DNA of 64,000 bases from an uncultured Candidatus Saccharibacteria bacterium. GTDB lineage: Bacteria > Patescibacteriota > Dojkabacteria > SC72. Where the stretch lies: assembly GCA_964405015.1 (NCBI GenBank), contig CAYOME010000001.1, positions 77,611-141,610 on the forward strand, read 5' to 3'. Of the stretch, positions 38,537 to 48,224 are shown piece after piece (position 1 is the stretch's first letter; every line of letters starts with the position of its first letter). The position numbers were made by a program, and so were the translations under genes. Under the pieces are notes generated by a model that was given only the letters and a program-made list of their open reading frames with translations, made no database searches and was not told the DNA's origin.

Positions 38537-38545
38537 CCACCCCAT
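38537..38545 (+). repeat. Candidate attR core: a direct repeat of the tRNA-His 3' end (CCACCCCAT)
   Basis: Exact 9-mer copy of 16087-16095 (the tRNA 3' terminus). It is GC-rich in an AT-rich intergenic region and sits where the accessory cargo ends. Confidence 0.4.
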
Positions 38546-38607
38546 ATCCTAATATCTCAACCTCTGTATATATAGTATAATTTCTTTATAAACTATATCT
38601 CAATCAT

Positions 38608-39249
38608 ATGAATGTACAATTAAGAGAAAGACTGATTAATATAACCAAAGAAAAAATAAGATCTGATGATCCCTCCCATGACATTCTTCACATATTAAGA
38701 GTTCTTGCAAATGCTGAATATATCGCAAACAAGGAGGGGGGAGACTTAGATATTGTAATACCTGGAGCATTATTCCATGATTTAATCTGTTACGATAAAA
38801 ACGACCCAAGAGACAAATATTCAATAAGTGAAAGTGCAGAAATGGCAAGTAAAATACTTAAAGAGATAGAAGAATATCCAAAAGAGAAAATAAAGAAAGT
38901 TCAAAGTGCAATATTATCTACATCATTCACCCATGGCAAAGAAACTGAGAATTTAGAAGATGAAATAGTACAAGCTTCTGATATGCTTGAAGCTGTAGGA
39001 GCTATTTCAATTATGAGAACATTCTCCTCTGGAGGAAAAATGAATAGAAAATTCTATGATATCACTGACCCATTTGGAGAAAGAAGGAATTTTGATGATA
39101 TGAAATATTCTATTGATCTTTTTTATACAAGACTATTGAAAATAAAGGATAGAATAAAAACTAACACTGCAAAGGAAATTGCTGAAAGAAGAACTAAGAT
39201 TGTTATAGAATTTTTAGAAGAATTTAAGAGAGAATTAAAGGGAGAATAA
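38608..39249 (+). CDS. HD-domain phosphohydrolase
   Basis: 'HDILHILRV' and 'FHDL' give the H...HD...D metal-binding pattern. 213 aa. Confidence 0.65.
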   Translation: MNVQLRERLINITKEKIRSDDPSHDILHILRVLANAEYIANKEGGDLDIVIPGALFHDLICYDKNDPRDKYSISESAEMASKILKEIEEYPKEKIKKVQSAILSTSFTHGKETENLEDEIVQASDMLEAVGAISIMRTFSSGGKMNRKFYDITDPFGERRNFDDMKYSIDLFYTRLLKIKDRIKTNTAKEIAERRTKIVIEFLEEFKRELKGE

Positions 39250-39285
39250 CTCTATACGTTTTTAAAGAATTTGATATATTAGACT

Positions 39286-39828
39286 ATGCATCCAATACAA
39301 GCCCTTTTATTATTTTTCTCTCTTCTCATCATTCTATTATTCTCACTCATGCTAAGGAGACCCAAGGATAATCAAAAAGAAGAGAGACGAATGAAAAGTG
39401 GATTTTACTTAGATGAAGAAAGAATTAAGAAAATACTTGCAACACAAAATAAGAAAGGAGAAGGTGTTATTATACACCATGAAGATGAACCCTCTTTGCA
39501 ATTATGTTATCGAGAAGCAATAGAATACTCAGGAGAAAAATGTATATCCGTAATTGATGCATATGAGTTATTTGACCTTTTGTCACATCAAAAATGTAAA
39601 CTCCTAATAACAGGTATGTTACAAAACAGAGTAAATGGGTTAGAGGTAATCGATATTGTTAGAAATACACTTAAATTAAAAGTCCCGATATTAGTACTTT
39701 CAAACGTATCTGCAGAGTTAATGATAAAAGATGCATTCGAGCTAGGAGCAGATGTATATTTAGTAAAAACAGATATTAAAACAATTGAAGATTTAATGAC
39801 ACCAATTTATAAACTTATCAAGAAATAA
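39286..39828 (+). CDS. Membrane-anchored receiver-like (pseudo-receiver) domain protein
   Basis: N-terminal TM helix followed by a CheY-like (beta-alpha)5 pattern, with 'LLITGMLQNRVNGLEVI' where the phospho-acceptor Asp would be; the Asp is replaced. Confidence 0.35.
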   Translation: MHPIQALLLFFSLLIILLFSLMLRRPKDNQKEERRMKSGFYLDEERIKKILATQNKKGEGVIIHHEDEPSLQLCYREAIEYSGEKCISVIDAYELFDLLSHQKCKLLITGMLQNRVNGLEVIDIVRNTLKLKVPILVLSNVSAELMIKDAFELGADVYLVKTDIKTIEDLMTPIYKLIKK

Positions 39829-39891
39829 TCCTATTACTAACTCCTTAATCTGATATAATCAGTTCAAGAGATATTTTAAAAACTTGTTAGA

Positions 39892-41301
39892 ATGCAAATG
39901 CTTTCTTTACAATTCCTCCTCTTTTTAATACTAGTATTACCCATAACAATCATCTTCAAATGGAAAAGGAAATATCTACCAATATGGATATTAATAATCT
40001 CTCTGATCTTTTACTACCTAGCAGGACCTAATTACTTAGTACTAACAATATCTTCAATATTAATAAATTACATATTTAATATATTAATATCTAAAGGAGA
40101 CAAAAGATCGAAGATATTCTTTGTAATATCGATAATCTTGAATGTACTCTTCTTAAGTACATTTAAATATTGGAAAGTAGTATTAGATGAGATACTAATA
40201 CTAAACAGTACATACAAATGGGATATGAACATACCACAAATAGAGTTGATAATACCTTTAGGTTTGTCATATTACACATTTAAACAAATAGCTCATTTAG
40301 TAGATGTATATAGAGGTACAATACAAAAGATAAATTTCTTTAAATATGCATCCTACATACTCTTCTTCCCAGAAATAATATCAGGACCAATTACAAAACC
40401 ACTCGAATACTACTCACAACTACATACACACGAAAACAACAAAATAGAAGTAGGTGAGGTTGGTAAGTTACTAATATCCTCTATTATAAAAAAATGGGTA
40501 ATAGCTAGTTACCTATATATGTATGTAGAAGGACCATTTAGAACACCTGAAATGTATAGCAGTATTGATTTAATAATTTCAATGTTTGCATACTCCACAA
40601 TGATATATTGTGACTTTAGTGGGTATACTGATCTAGCAATATTAGTAAGTAAATTACTAGGATTTAAATCAACTGAAAACTTTAATTCACCATACAGTGC
40701 AACTAACATTAAAGACTTCTGGTCTAGATGGCATATATCCCTCTCTAGTTGGTTAAAAACATATGTATATATATCATTGGGTGGAAATAGAAAGGGTATA
40801 TTAAGAAAATATCTCAATATTTTTTTAACAATGATAGTTAGTGGACTATGGCATGGAGCAGGATTAACATATTTAATATGGGGTCTAATACATGCCGTTG
40901 GTACGGTATTCTCACATATATTTGGAGATATTAAGAGGGTTAGAGAGAATAGTATATTTTCTAAAATATTATCTCTTGTAGGATGGATATTAACAACATT
41001 ACTAGTATCATTTGCATGGATATTCTTTAATGCAGATACCACAACAACAGCTACAACCTTTATTAATGGAATATTTACCTCCTCAATAGATCAACACAGA
41101 CTACTTAATGCATCAATAATTTTAGTAATATCCTTCGTATATATTTCCAATCTACTTAGAGGTAAGATTGGATTAATATTCGAGAAGATCTTAAACAAAC
41201 AAAAGACATATATTGCATACATATTAATAGTAATATTCACATTACTTGCACTCTCCTTAGGTCCTGAAACTGTCCCCCCATTTATATATTTTAACTTTTA
41301 A
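39892..41301 (+). CDS. MBOAT-family membrane O-acyltransferase (AlgI/DltB-like)
   Basis: Multi-TM protein with the conserved MBOAT histidine region 'SGLWHGAGLTYLIWGLIHAVG'. 469 aa. Confidence 0.75.
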   Translation: MQMLSLQFLLFLILVLPITIIFKWKRKYLPIWILIISLIFYYLAGPNYLVLTISSILINYIFNILISKGDKRSKIFFVISIILNVLFLSTFKYWKVVLDEILILNSTYKWDMNIPQIELIIPLGLSYYTFKQIAHLVDVYRGTIQKINFFKYASYILFFPEIISGPITKPLEYYSQLHTHENNKIEVGEVGKLLISSIIKKWVIASYLYMYVEGPFRTPEMYSSIDLIISMFAYSTMIYCDFSGYTDLAILVSKLLGFKSTENFNSPYSATNIKDFWSRWHISLSSWLKTYVYISLGGNRKGILRKYLNIFLTMIVSGLWHGAGLTYLIWGLIHAVGTVFSHIFGDIKRVRENSIFSKILSLVGWILTTLLVSFAWIFFNADTTTTATTFINGIFTSSIDQHRLLNASIILVISFVYISNLLRGKIGLIFEKILNKQKTYIAYILIVIFTLLALSLGPETVPPFIYFNF

Positions 41302-41304
41302 TAT

Positions 41305-42279
41305 ATGAAAAAGGATCTCAAAATATTAATATTCCTTCTCTCATTGCTATTACTCCTTGTAATACTTTCTCTCTCATCAATATCTAAAGATATATCATCA
41401 AAGAGTGATAAATATTCTAATATCTTTAATTCAAAGATTTTTAAAGTTGTTAGTGCTCCTTCAGAATATATTGAAAAAGTAGCATTAAATATTAAAGAGG
41501 ATATATTACTTAATCCGAAATCATTGTACATACAAGATAATACCAAAGTAGAAAAAGAAGAAGAGGTGAGTACTGAAAAAGAATTAGTAATAAATGAAGC
41601 AGAGGTAATTAAACCTGAGGTAATAAAACCAAAGAAGAACAATATACAATTACCATTGAAAGCATTACTAATAGGGGATTCGTTAATAATCGAGAAATTT
41701 GGGCCAGCAGTAGAACAAAGACTTAAATCAATAGAGGGTATTGATGTATATAGAGAGGGCCACTATTCAACTGGTATAAATAGAATAGACTACTATGATT
41801 GGTATAAACGAACTAGAGAATTAATATCTAGTTACAATCCAGATATATTAATAGTATTTCTTGGTGCTAATGATGGTCAAAATATACATGGTACCGATGG
41901 TTCATATGGTAAATGGCCTAGTACTAATTGGGATAGTATATATAAAGAGAGAGTCGATACTTACCTAAGTGAGTTTTCACCATTAGTAGATAAAATATAT
42001 TGGATTGGTCACCCTATACCTCGAACTACCGATTTTCAAAGCAAATTTTCAAAGATGAATTCTATATATATATCGTCAATAGAGGAATATAAAAATGTTA
42101 AATATATTGATAGTTGGAATAGATTTGCAGTTAATGGAGCATATTCTCCAACCCTTGCAGATGATACTGGTCTAGTACAGTATGTTAAGGCTTCAGATGG
42201 TGTTCATTTAACACATCATGGTTCTAAGATATTAACAGATTTGTTAATTCAATATATGAAAGAGGATATAGAGTTTTAA
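41305..42279 (+). CDS. SGNH/GDSL hydrolase-fold protein (AlgX/AlgJ/DltD-like partner of the MBOAT)
   Basis: Signal or TM N-terminus, 'LLIGDSLII' GDSL block and 'DGVHLT' DxxH catalytic block; 3-nt gap to the MBOAT gene. Confidence 0.65.
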   Translation: MKKDLKILIFLLSLLLLLVILSLSSISKDISSKSDKYSNIFNSKIFKVVSAPSEYIEKVALNIKEDILLNPKSLYIQDNTKVEKEEEVSTEKELVINEAEVIKPEVIKPKKNNIQLPLKALLIGDSLIIEKFGPAVEQRLKSIEGIDVYREGHYSTGINRIDYYDWYKRTRELISSYNPDILIVFLGANDGQNIHGTDGSYGKWPSTNWDSIYKERVDTYLSEFSPLVDKIYWIGHPIPRTTDFQSKFSKMNSIYISSIEEYKNVKYIDSWNRFAVNGAYSPTLADDTGLVQYVKASDGVHLTHHGSKILTDLLIQYMKEDIEF

Positions 42280-42280
42280 T

Positions 42281-42868
42281 ATGAAATACTTACCATTACT
42301 ATTATTTATTTTTCCATTTTTGTTTTTATCTTTTATCTTGTGTTTAAGATATACCAATTGGGGAAAAGGTTTCTCTGGGGAATTGATTGTCTCATTGTTT
42401 TTAAGGAAATTAGATCCTAAGATATACAAGGTAATAAACAATATCTATATATCAAATTCTAAAGACGTAGTTCAAATAGATCATATTGTAATTTCTAAGT
42501 TTGGAATCTTTGTAATAGATACAAAGAACTGGTTTCAAGAAATTAAGGGAAATGTTAATGATAATCATTGGTGGAATAAAGTAATCTATCAGAACGAAAA
42601 GCATAAATCATTATTAAAAATTGTTTTGGAGTGTAATCCAAGAATGGTATCTATTGTAGCTTTTTCTGGATATTCAAAAATTAATGTAAAAGGAAATATA
42701 AAGGATACGTATCTTGTAAATATTTCTAAATTACTTGAAATAATACGTTCATATAACGAGATCAAGCTTGAAAAGAATGAAATAATTGCAATATATAACA
42801 AACTTTTGAGTATAAAGAAAAATATGCACAAATACAGAATATTACATAAATCAAAATATCGTTCCTAA
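42281..42868 (+). CDS. NERD (nuclease-related domain) protein
   Basis: 'IDHIVISKFGIFVIDTKNW' matches the NERD core; N-terminal TM helix. Confidence 0.6.
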   Translation: MKYLPLLLFIFPFLFLSFILCLRYTNWGKGFSGELIVSLFLRKLDPKIYKVINNIYISNSKDVVQIDHIVISKFGIFVIDTKNWFQEIKGNVNDNHWWNKVIYQNEKHKSLLKIVLECNPRMVSIVAFSGYSKINVKGNIKDTYLVNISKLLEIIRSYNEIKLEKNEIIAIYNKLLSIKKNMHKYRILHKSKYRS

Positions 42869-42884
42869 ACATTCAATTAACAAA

Positions 42885-43538
42885 GTGATACAATCTACTA
42901 TGAAAAAATACGTAATACCAATAATAATATTAACAATATCAATAATCCTCTCTATATACTTCTACCCATTACTACCAGAGAGTGTAGCATCACACTGGAA
43001 TGCAAATGGGCAAGTAGATGGATATTCCTCAAAATTAACTAGTGTAATAATGTTTCCAGCGCTTCAATTATTCATGTTAGTACTACTAGTATTCATACCA
43101 AGAATAGATCCAAAGAGAGAGAATATTAAGACATTTGAAAAGGAATTCCTTCTGTTTATAAACTCAATGTTAATATTCTTTACCTTAATACAATTACAAA
43201 CCTTTCTTTGGAGTACAGGAACTCAAATCCCCATGAACTCAACAATGGCTGTATTAATGGGAGCCCTTTTCTTAGTTATGGCATACCTAATTAAAAATGC
43301 TAAACAAAATTACACAATAGGTATTAGAACACCATGGACATTAAATAGTGAAAAGGTATGGAACAAAACACATGCCCTAGGATATAAACTCTTTGGGATA
43401 TCTGGAATACTTTCCATATTGTCTGCATTTGTTCCTCAATACTCATATATTATCGTGTTAGCAAGTGTCTTAACCTCTTCTGCATATGTATTCCTCTATT
43501 CATACCTAGAATACAAAAAAGAATTGCATAATAAATAG
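42885..43538 (+). CDS. Polytopic membrane protein (SdpI/DUF1648-like)
   Basis: Four or five TM helices; no catalytic motif. Confidence 0.4.
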   Translation: MIQSTMKKYVIPIIILTISIILSIYFYPLLPESVASHWNANGQVDGYSSKLTSVIMFPALQLFMLVLLVFIPRIDPKRENIKTFEKEFLLFINSMLIFFTLIQLQTFLWSTGTQIPMNSTMAVLMGALFLVMAYLIKNAKQNYTIGIRTPWTLNSEKVWNKTHALGYKLFGISGILSILSAFVPQYSYIIVLASVLTSSAYVFLYSYLEYKKELHNK

Positions 43539-43539
43539 T

Positions 43540-43974
43540 ATGAGATTAGAAACTTCAATATTAAAAATTTTCATCCTTCTTTTGGCAATATTTGTACTTG
43601 GTTTTGCTTTCATAGTAATACCCGATGAAATTAATATGAATGGAATCGGCAAAGACCTTTTACTTTTTACTGTAATGTATATTTCTCTAATTCCATTTTT
43701 GTATTCCTTGTTCCAAACCTTTAACTTACTTACATATATCGAAAAGAATAATCTTGTATCTGAGCTAGGAATAACAGCCTTAAAAAAAATTAAATACTCT
43801 GCATTAATATTTAGTCTCTTGTATACCATCCTACTACCAAGAATGTTTGAGATAACACAGAAAGAAGATGCTCCTGGAGTACTCTTAATAGGATTAACCT
43901 TTACTTTTGTACCATTGATAATTGCTTTGTTTGTATCCTTAATGGGCAAGATTCTTTCAAAAAAGATCATTTAG
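43540..43974 (+). CDS. Small polytopic membrane protein
   Basis: Four predicted TM helices; 2-nt gap to the previous gene. Confidence 0.4.
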   Translation: MRLETSILKIFILLLAIFVLGFAFIVIPDEINMNGIGKDLLLFTVMYISLIPFLYSLFQTFNLLTYIEKNNLVSELGITALKKIKYSALIFSLLYTILLPRMFEITQKEDAPGVLLIGLTFTFVPLIIALFVSLMGKILSKKII

Positions 43975-44114
43975 GTATTAAATCTCATTTTTCATAACTA
44001 TATCTTTCCTTTCATATTTCGTGTACAATGCATATTGTAGATTGAAACAGTTCAATTTCCTTTCAAAGAATTTGTTGTTAATACATTTACATATTAATTT
44101 TTATTTATATTTAA

Positions 44115-44378
44115 ATGGATAACACCAAGTTATTTGTAGGAGGAATCTCCTGGAACCTAAGAAACGAAGACCTTCAAAAGGCTTTCGAAGAGATAGGTGA
44201 AGTAGTAGAGGCTGTCATAATCATGGACAGAGCTACTGGTAAATCTAAAGGATTCGGATTCGTAACCATGAAGACAGTTGAAGATGCTCAAAAAGCAATC
44301 ACTGAATTAAATGGTAAAGAATTAGACGGAAAACCATTGACAGTTAACGAGGCAAAACCTCAGAAACCTAGATTTTAA
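44115..44378 (+). CDS. RRM-type RNA-binding protein
   Basis: RNP2 'LFVGGI' and RNP1 'KGFGFVTM'; 87 aa. Confidence 0.9.
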   Translation: MDNTKLFVGGISWNLRNEDLQKAFEEIGEVVEAVIIMDRATGKSKGFGFVTMKTVEDAQKAITELNGKELDGKPLTVNEAKPQKPRF

Positions 44379-44389
44379 GGATTTAAGAG

Positions 44390-44414
44390 AAGGACCCCTA
44401 GGGGTCCTTTTTTA
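44390..44414 (+). terminator. Intrinsic terminator
   Basis: Perfect palindrome AGGACCCCTAGGGGTCCT followed by TTTTTT, 12 nt after the RRM stop codon. Confidence 0.75.
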
Positions 44415-44435
44415 AATAAGTAAATATCAATTTCT

Positions 44436-45317
44436 ATGCAATATCACAAGATCCTCTCCATAGGGCTTAATACATCATCAGAAGAAAAATACAGGATTCA
44501 AACAGAACTCCTAAAAAAAAACATCTCCTTAGATATTGCTTCCATTAAAGATCCGATCTTCAAAATAATTGAAGGCATTGTATATGCAGATATAAATGGA
44601 AACAATCTAACAGGATATGAATACGTATGGATACAATCAGGATGGAATACTACCCATATGGCATATCTTCTTCATATATATCTTACATATATGGGAATTC
44701 CACATAACATACCTAGTAAACAAGATACAAAGATTACAGATATCTTCTCCTTGGCTATTAACAACGTAAGTGTACCAAATACATTCTTTCACAATGGATT
44801 AAAAATAAATGATACACACATAGATGAAATAGAAAGAATTTGTAATATACCATGTATATACAAGAAACTCTCAGGATCTCTTGGTTCACAGGTATTTTTA
44901 ATACAAGATAAATCGTTGATATACGAAGCTATTAGAAAAAACCGTAAATACAACAGCTATATATTTCAACAATACATACCAAATGATTTTGATTACAGAG
45001 TTGTAATAGCAAATGAATTAACTACTTCCGTATGTAAAAGAACAAGAGTAAGTGACTCATACAGAAACAATGTAGCTCTTGGAGCCTCAGAAGAGTTCAT
45101 AGATATTGAAGATACCCCTATTGATATACTAGAGTTAGCACAAAATGCATCAAAAATATTAAATCTCAATTGGGCGGGAGTAGATATTGTAGTAGATAAA
45201 GAAACAAACAAAAATTACATATTAGAAGTAAACAGAAGACCAGGACTAACAGAAAACTCAACAGAGATATCAGCCTTCTATTCACAAATAAATGGAATAT
45301 TAGCCAACATATTCTAA
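44436..45317 (+). CDS. ATP-grasp family protein (RimK/glutathione-synthetase-like)
   Basis: 'IPCIYKKLSGSLGSQVFL' ATP-grasp B-loop-like segment and the overall ~290-aa architecture. Confidence 0.45.
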   Translation: MQYHKILSIGLNTSSEEKYRIQTELLKKNISLDIASIKDPIFKIIEGIVYADINGNNLTGYEYVWIQSGWNTTHMAYLLHIYLTYMGIPHNIPSKQDTKITDIFSLAINNVSVPNTFFHNGLKINDTHIDEIERICNIPCIYKKLSGSLGSQVFLIQDKSLIYEAIRKNRKYNSYIFQQYIPNDFDYRVVIANELTTSVCKRTRVSDSYRNNVALGASEEFIDIEDTPIDILELAQNASKILNLNWAGVDIVVDKETNKNYILEVNRRPGLTENSTEISAFYSQINGILANIF

Positions 45318-45477
45318 CTAAACCTCTTGAATATTCCAGATATAATACTAAAATGAATTCATAAAGAAATTCATAATAATAAGTACAATCTTACTCTTTC
45401 TTTCTGTATTCATAATTCTCTACTTTTTTGTATTCACATATAATATATACAATCAAAAGATTGAAATAGAACCTTCT

Positions 45478-46995
45478 GTGTTTTCTACCCCAATACCAAT
45501 AGCAAACCCTCTATCTACAAAAGAAATTTACAAATTACCTGCAAACTTTGAAGATATAATAACTACTTACAATCTACCAATTGGTAACAAAGAAATAAAT
45601 GAGTTACTTTTAACTGGTTACATATACATTGAAAATCCAACCTCCGAAGCTATTTCAGAAAATACACCCCTTACAATTACATCAGAGAATATTCAAGAAT
45701 ATATATCTCAAGAAATAAATATAGTTGAAGAGAAAATTAAATATAGAATTGAAAAAGAACTTATTAAAGAAATACAAAAACAAAGATTCAAAGTCCTTTT
45801 TATATATCCAATATCAGAAGGGGAAGAAAAAACAATATTATTAAATGTATTAACAAATAATATTGAAAGATTACAATCTTCTAATATTGAAAGGTTTCTT
45901 TCACTTACCAATGACTCAAAAAGAAATTTCTCACTATTAAATGTTCACAAAGAAATTGGAGAATCTAATATCCCTAATGAAGAAATATCGCAGATTAAGA
46001 ATCAGACAAATGTTGTAGACGAACAAGAATATATTGAACAACTAAGAAACTACATAGAACAAAAACGAAAACATTTACAATCCTTAGATATTTACAACAA
46101 TGACTATGAAGAAGTTCTTCTTAAACTTGATGAGATACAAAACAAAGATAAAGAAACTTTAAGTAAAATACTTTCTGAAGAGTACCAACACAATATATTT
46201 TGGGTAAATAAAGACGGATTGTTATCTCTTTCAAAAACAAACAGAATTTATCAGAATGCAGTATTGAATAATGATAACTTCAATATTGGATATGACATTC
46301 AACCGAATTCTCAAACTCCAAATACCGTACGAATACCCATACTAATGTATCACCACATAGGATATCCCCCAGAAGGATCTTCTAAATTTGTCTCTGGCCT
46401 ATACACCTCTCCAGAGATATTTGAAGAACAAATTGCATACTTAACAAAGAAGAATTACAAAACATTAAACTCAAAAGACTTTTTACAAATATTATCAACA
46501 AATCAAAACCCCTCTCAAAAAAGTATTCTTTTAACTTTTGATGATGGTACTTCCTCTCACTATTCTCAAGCATACAAAATATTGAAAAAATACAATCAAG
46601 TAGGAATATTTTTTGTAACCTCAAATCGATCACAACTTTCAACATTACAATTAAAAGAAATGGCTTCAAATGGTATGGATATTCAATCACATTCACAAAC
46701 ACATCCAGATCTCTCTAAAATATCTGATTCTTCTCGCATACAAAGTGAAATAGGGGGGAGTAAAACCAATCTAGAAGCTAGAACCGGATATAGTGTAATA
46801 TCTATCGCATATCCAGGATGTGCTGCAAATTCATATATATTCAAATCCGTAGCTAATAACGGATATCAGTTAGGCTTCTCTTGTGGAAAGAGTATAGACC
46901 ATAGATATTCCTCACGTCTCTCTCTCTCGAGAGTACATAATCCTAATAATCTTGATGATCTTAAAAAGATACTCTCAGGAATATATCCATTTTAA
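45478..46995 (+). CDS. Polysaccharide deacetylase (NodB-domain) protein with a long N-terminal extension
   Basis: C-terminal 'ILLTFDDGTSSH' (NodB motif 1: D-D plus His), followed by 'H..H' metal-ligand blocks. Confidence 0.65.
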   Translation: MFSTPIPIANPLSTKEIYKLPANFEDIITTYNLPIGNKEINELLLTGYIYIENPTSEAISENTPLTITSENIQEYISQEINIVEEKIKYRIEKELIKEIQKQRFKVLFIYPISEGEEKTILLNVLTNNIERLQSSNIERFLSLTNDSKRNFSLLNVHKEIGESNIPNEEISQIKNQTNVVDEQEYIEQLRNYIEQKRKHLQSLDIYNNDYEEVLLKLDEIQNKDKETLSKILSEEYQHNIFWVNKDGLLSLSKTNRIYQNAVLNNDNFNIGYDIQPNSQTPNTVRIPILMYHHIGYPPEGSSKFVSGLYTSPEIFEEQIAYLTKKNYKTLNSKDFLQILSTNQNPSQKSILLTFDDGTSSHYSQAYKILKKYNQVGIFFVTSNRSQLSTLQLKEMASNGMDIQSHSQTHPDLSKISDSSRIQSEIGGSKTNLEARTGYSVISIAYPGCAANSYIFKSVANNGYQLGFSCGKSIDHRYSSRLSLSRVHNPNNLDDLKKILSGIYPF

Positions 46996-47033
46996 TACCA
47001 AAAATACCCATTGATTAGATGATATAATCTAGA

Positions 47034-48155
47034 ATGAAATTCATATTTACATTCATAACCGCGATATTACTCTTCATCCCTTCATTTCTTTCTCCAAATA
47101 GTATAACCAAAATAGAGAGAGTACAAGTTGAAGAAAAAGTAGATATTAAATCTAAAGAAGAGATACTACTAGAGAGTATGACCATAGAGGAGAAGGTAGG
47201 ACAACTCTTCATATTTGGCTTTGATGGTACTACATTAACAGAAAGTAATAGGAATTTTCTTTCACAAAGACACATCGGAGGAGTAATACTCTTCAGTAAG
47301 AATATTTCCAATGAACAACAATTAAAAGATTTAATAACTGATATACAGAGTTTAAACAGAATTCCACTCTTTGTATCAATTGATCAAGAAGGTGGTAGTG
47401 TAGCAAGAATAAAGTGGAATGATGTACTTACAAAATCCCAAAGCAATATTTCAAATCCCCAAGAAGCATACAATATAGCTAAAAGTAGAGGAGATCTTCT
47501 AAAACAATATGGTATTAACATGAACCTAGCCCCAGTTATTGAATATTCTACTAATACCAACTCCTTTATGTACAAAAGAGTGTTCAGAGGATCTTTAGAA
47601 GAAGTAATACAAAAAGGAATATATTCAGTAAATGGATACAAAGATGCAGGAATATTAGCTATACCAAAACACTATCCAGGTCATGGAGATACTTTAGTAG
47701 ACTCACATTACTCATTACCTGTAGTTGATGTAACTGATCAGGGATGGAATGAATATACCAGACCATTCATTGATGTCATCCAAGGTAGTAATCCTGATGG
47801 AATAATGGTGGGACATATTAAATATCCAAATATTGATACTTTACCTTCTACAATATCGGGTAAAATAATTGAAGAGAAACTAAAAACTAATCTTAACTTC
47901 AATGGTCTAGTTATTTCAGATGACATGGAAATGGATGCCTTAGAAGGCTTCGGAACTCATCAAGAGATGGCAAAAAGTGCTCTTTTAGCTGGTAACGATA
48001 TTCTCATATACAGTAAATACAGAGAAGAGATACCTACAATACAAAAGGATGTATATGAATACATCTTGGAAGAATGTAGGAGTGGAAATATTAATATAGA
48101 GGAGAAGGTTTTAAGGATATTAAAAATGAAGTATAAATACGGAATTATTAATTAG
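47034..48155 (+). CDS. nagZ: Beta-N-acetylhexosaminidase (GH3, NagZ-like)
   Basis: Signal peptide, GH3 N-terminal domain with 'KHYPGHGDT' and an 'ISDDMEMDAL' Asp-nucleophile region. Confidence 0.8.
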   Translation: MKFIFTFITAILLFIPSFLSPNSITKIERVQVEEKVDIKSKEEILLESMTIEEKVGQLFIFGFDGTTLTESNRNFLSQRHIGGVILFSKNISNEQQLKDLITDIQSLNRIPLFVSIDQEGGSVARIKWNDVLTKSQSNISNPQEAYNIAKSRGDLLKQYGINMNLAPVIEYSTNTNSFMYKRVFRGSLEEVIQKGIYSVNGYKDAGILAIPKHYPGHGDTLVDSHYSLPVVDVTDQGWNEYTRPFIDVIQGSNPDGIMVGHIKYPNIDTLPSTISGKIIEEKLKTNLNFNGLVISDDMEMDALEGFGTHQEMAKSALLAGNDILIYSKYREEIPTIQKDVYEYILEECRSGNINIEEKVLRILKMKYKYGIIN

Positions 48156-48224
48156 TCAAAGAAATGCTTTACAAAATTTTTTGTAACTGGCAATATTAGA
48201 ATAATAATATAAAGCCCCGATATA

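Larger units (their letters stand above)
16083..38545. mobile_element. Genomic island (integrative element) at the tRNA-His 3' end carrying two serine recombinases and several R-M and defence-like modules. The right end is tentative.
   Basis: The stop codon of recombinase 1 lies inside the tRNA 3' end. The cargo is accessory-type: Type III R-M, Type IIL R-M, SpoVG-like, DUF4238 and unknown proteins. A 9-bp direct repeat of the tRNA 3' end (CCACCCCAT) recurs at 38537-38545. Housekeeping genes resume after that repeat. Confidence 0.55.
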
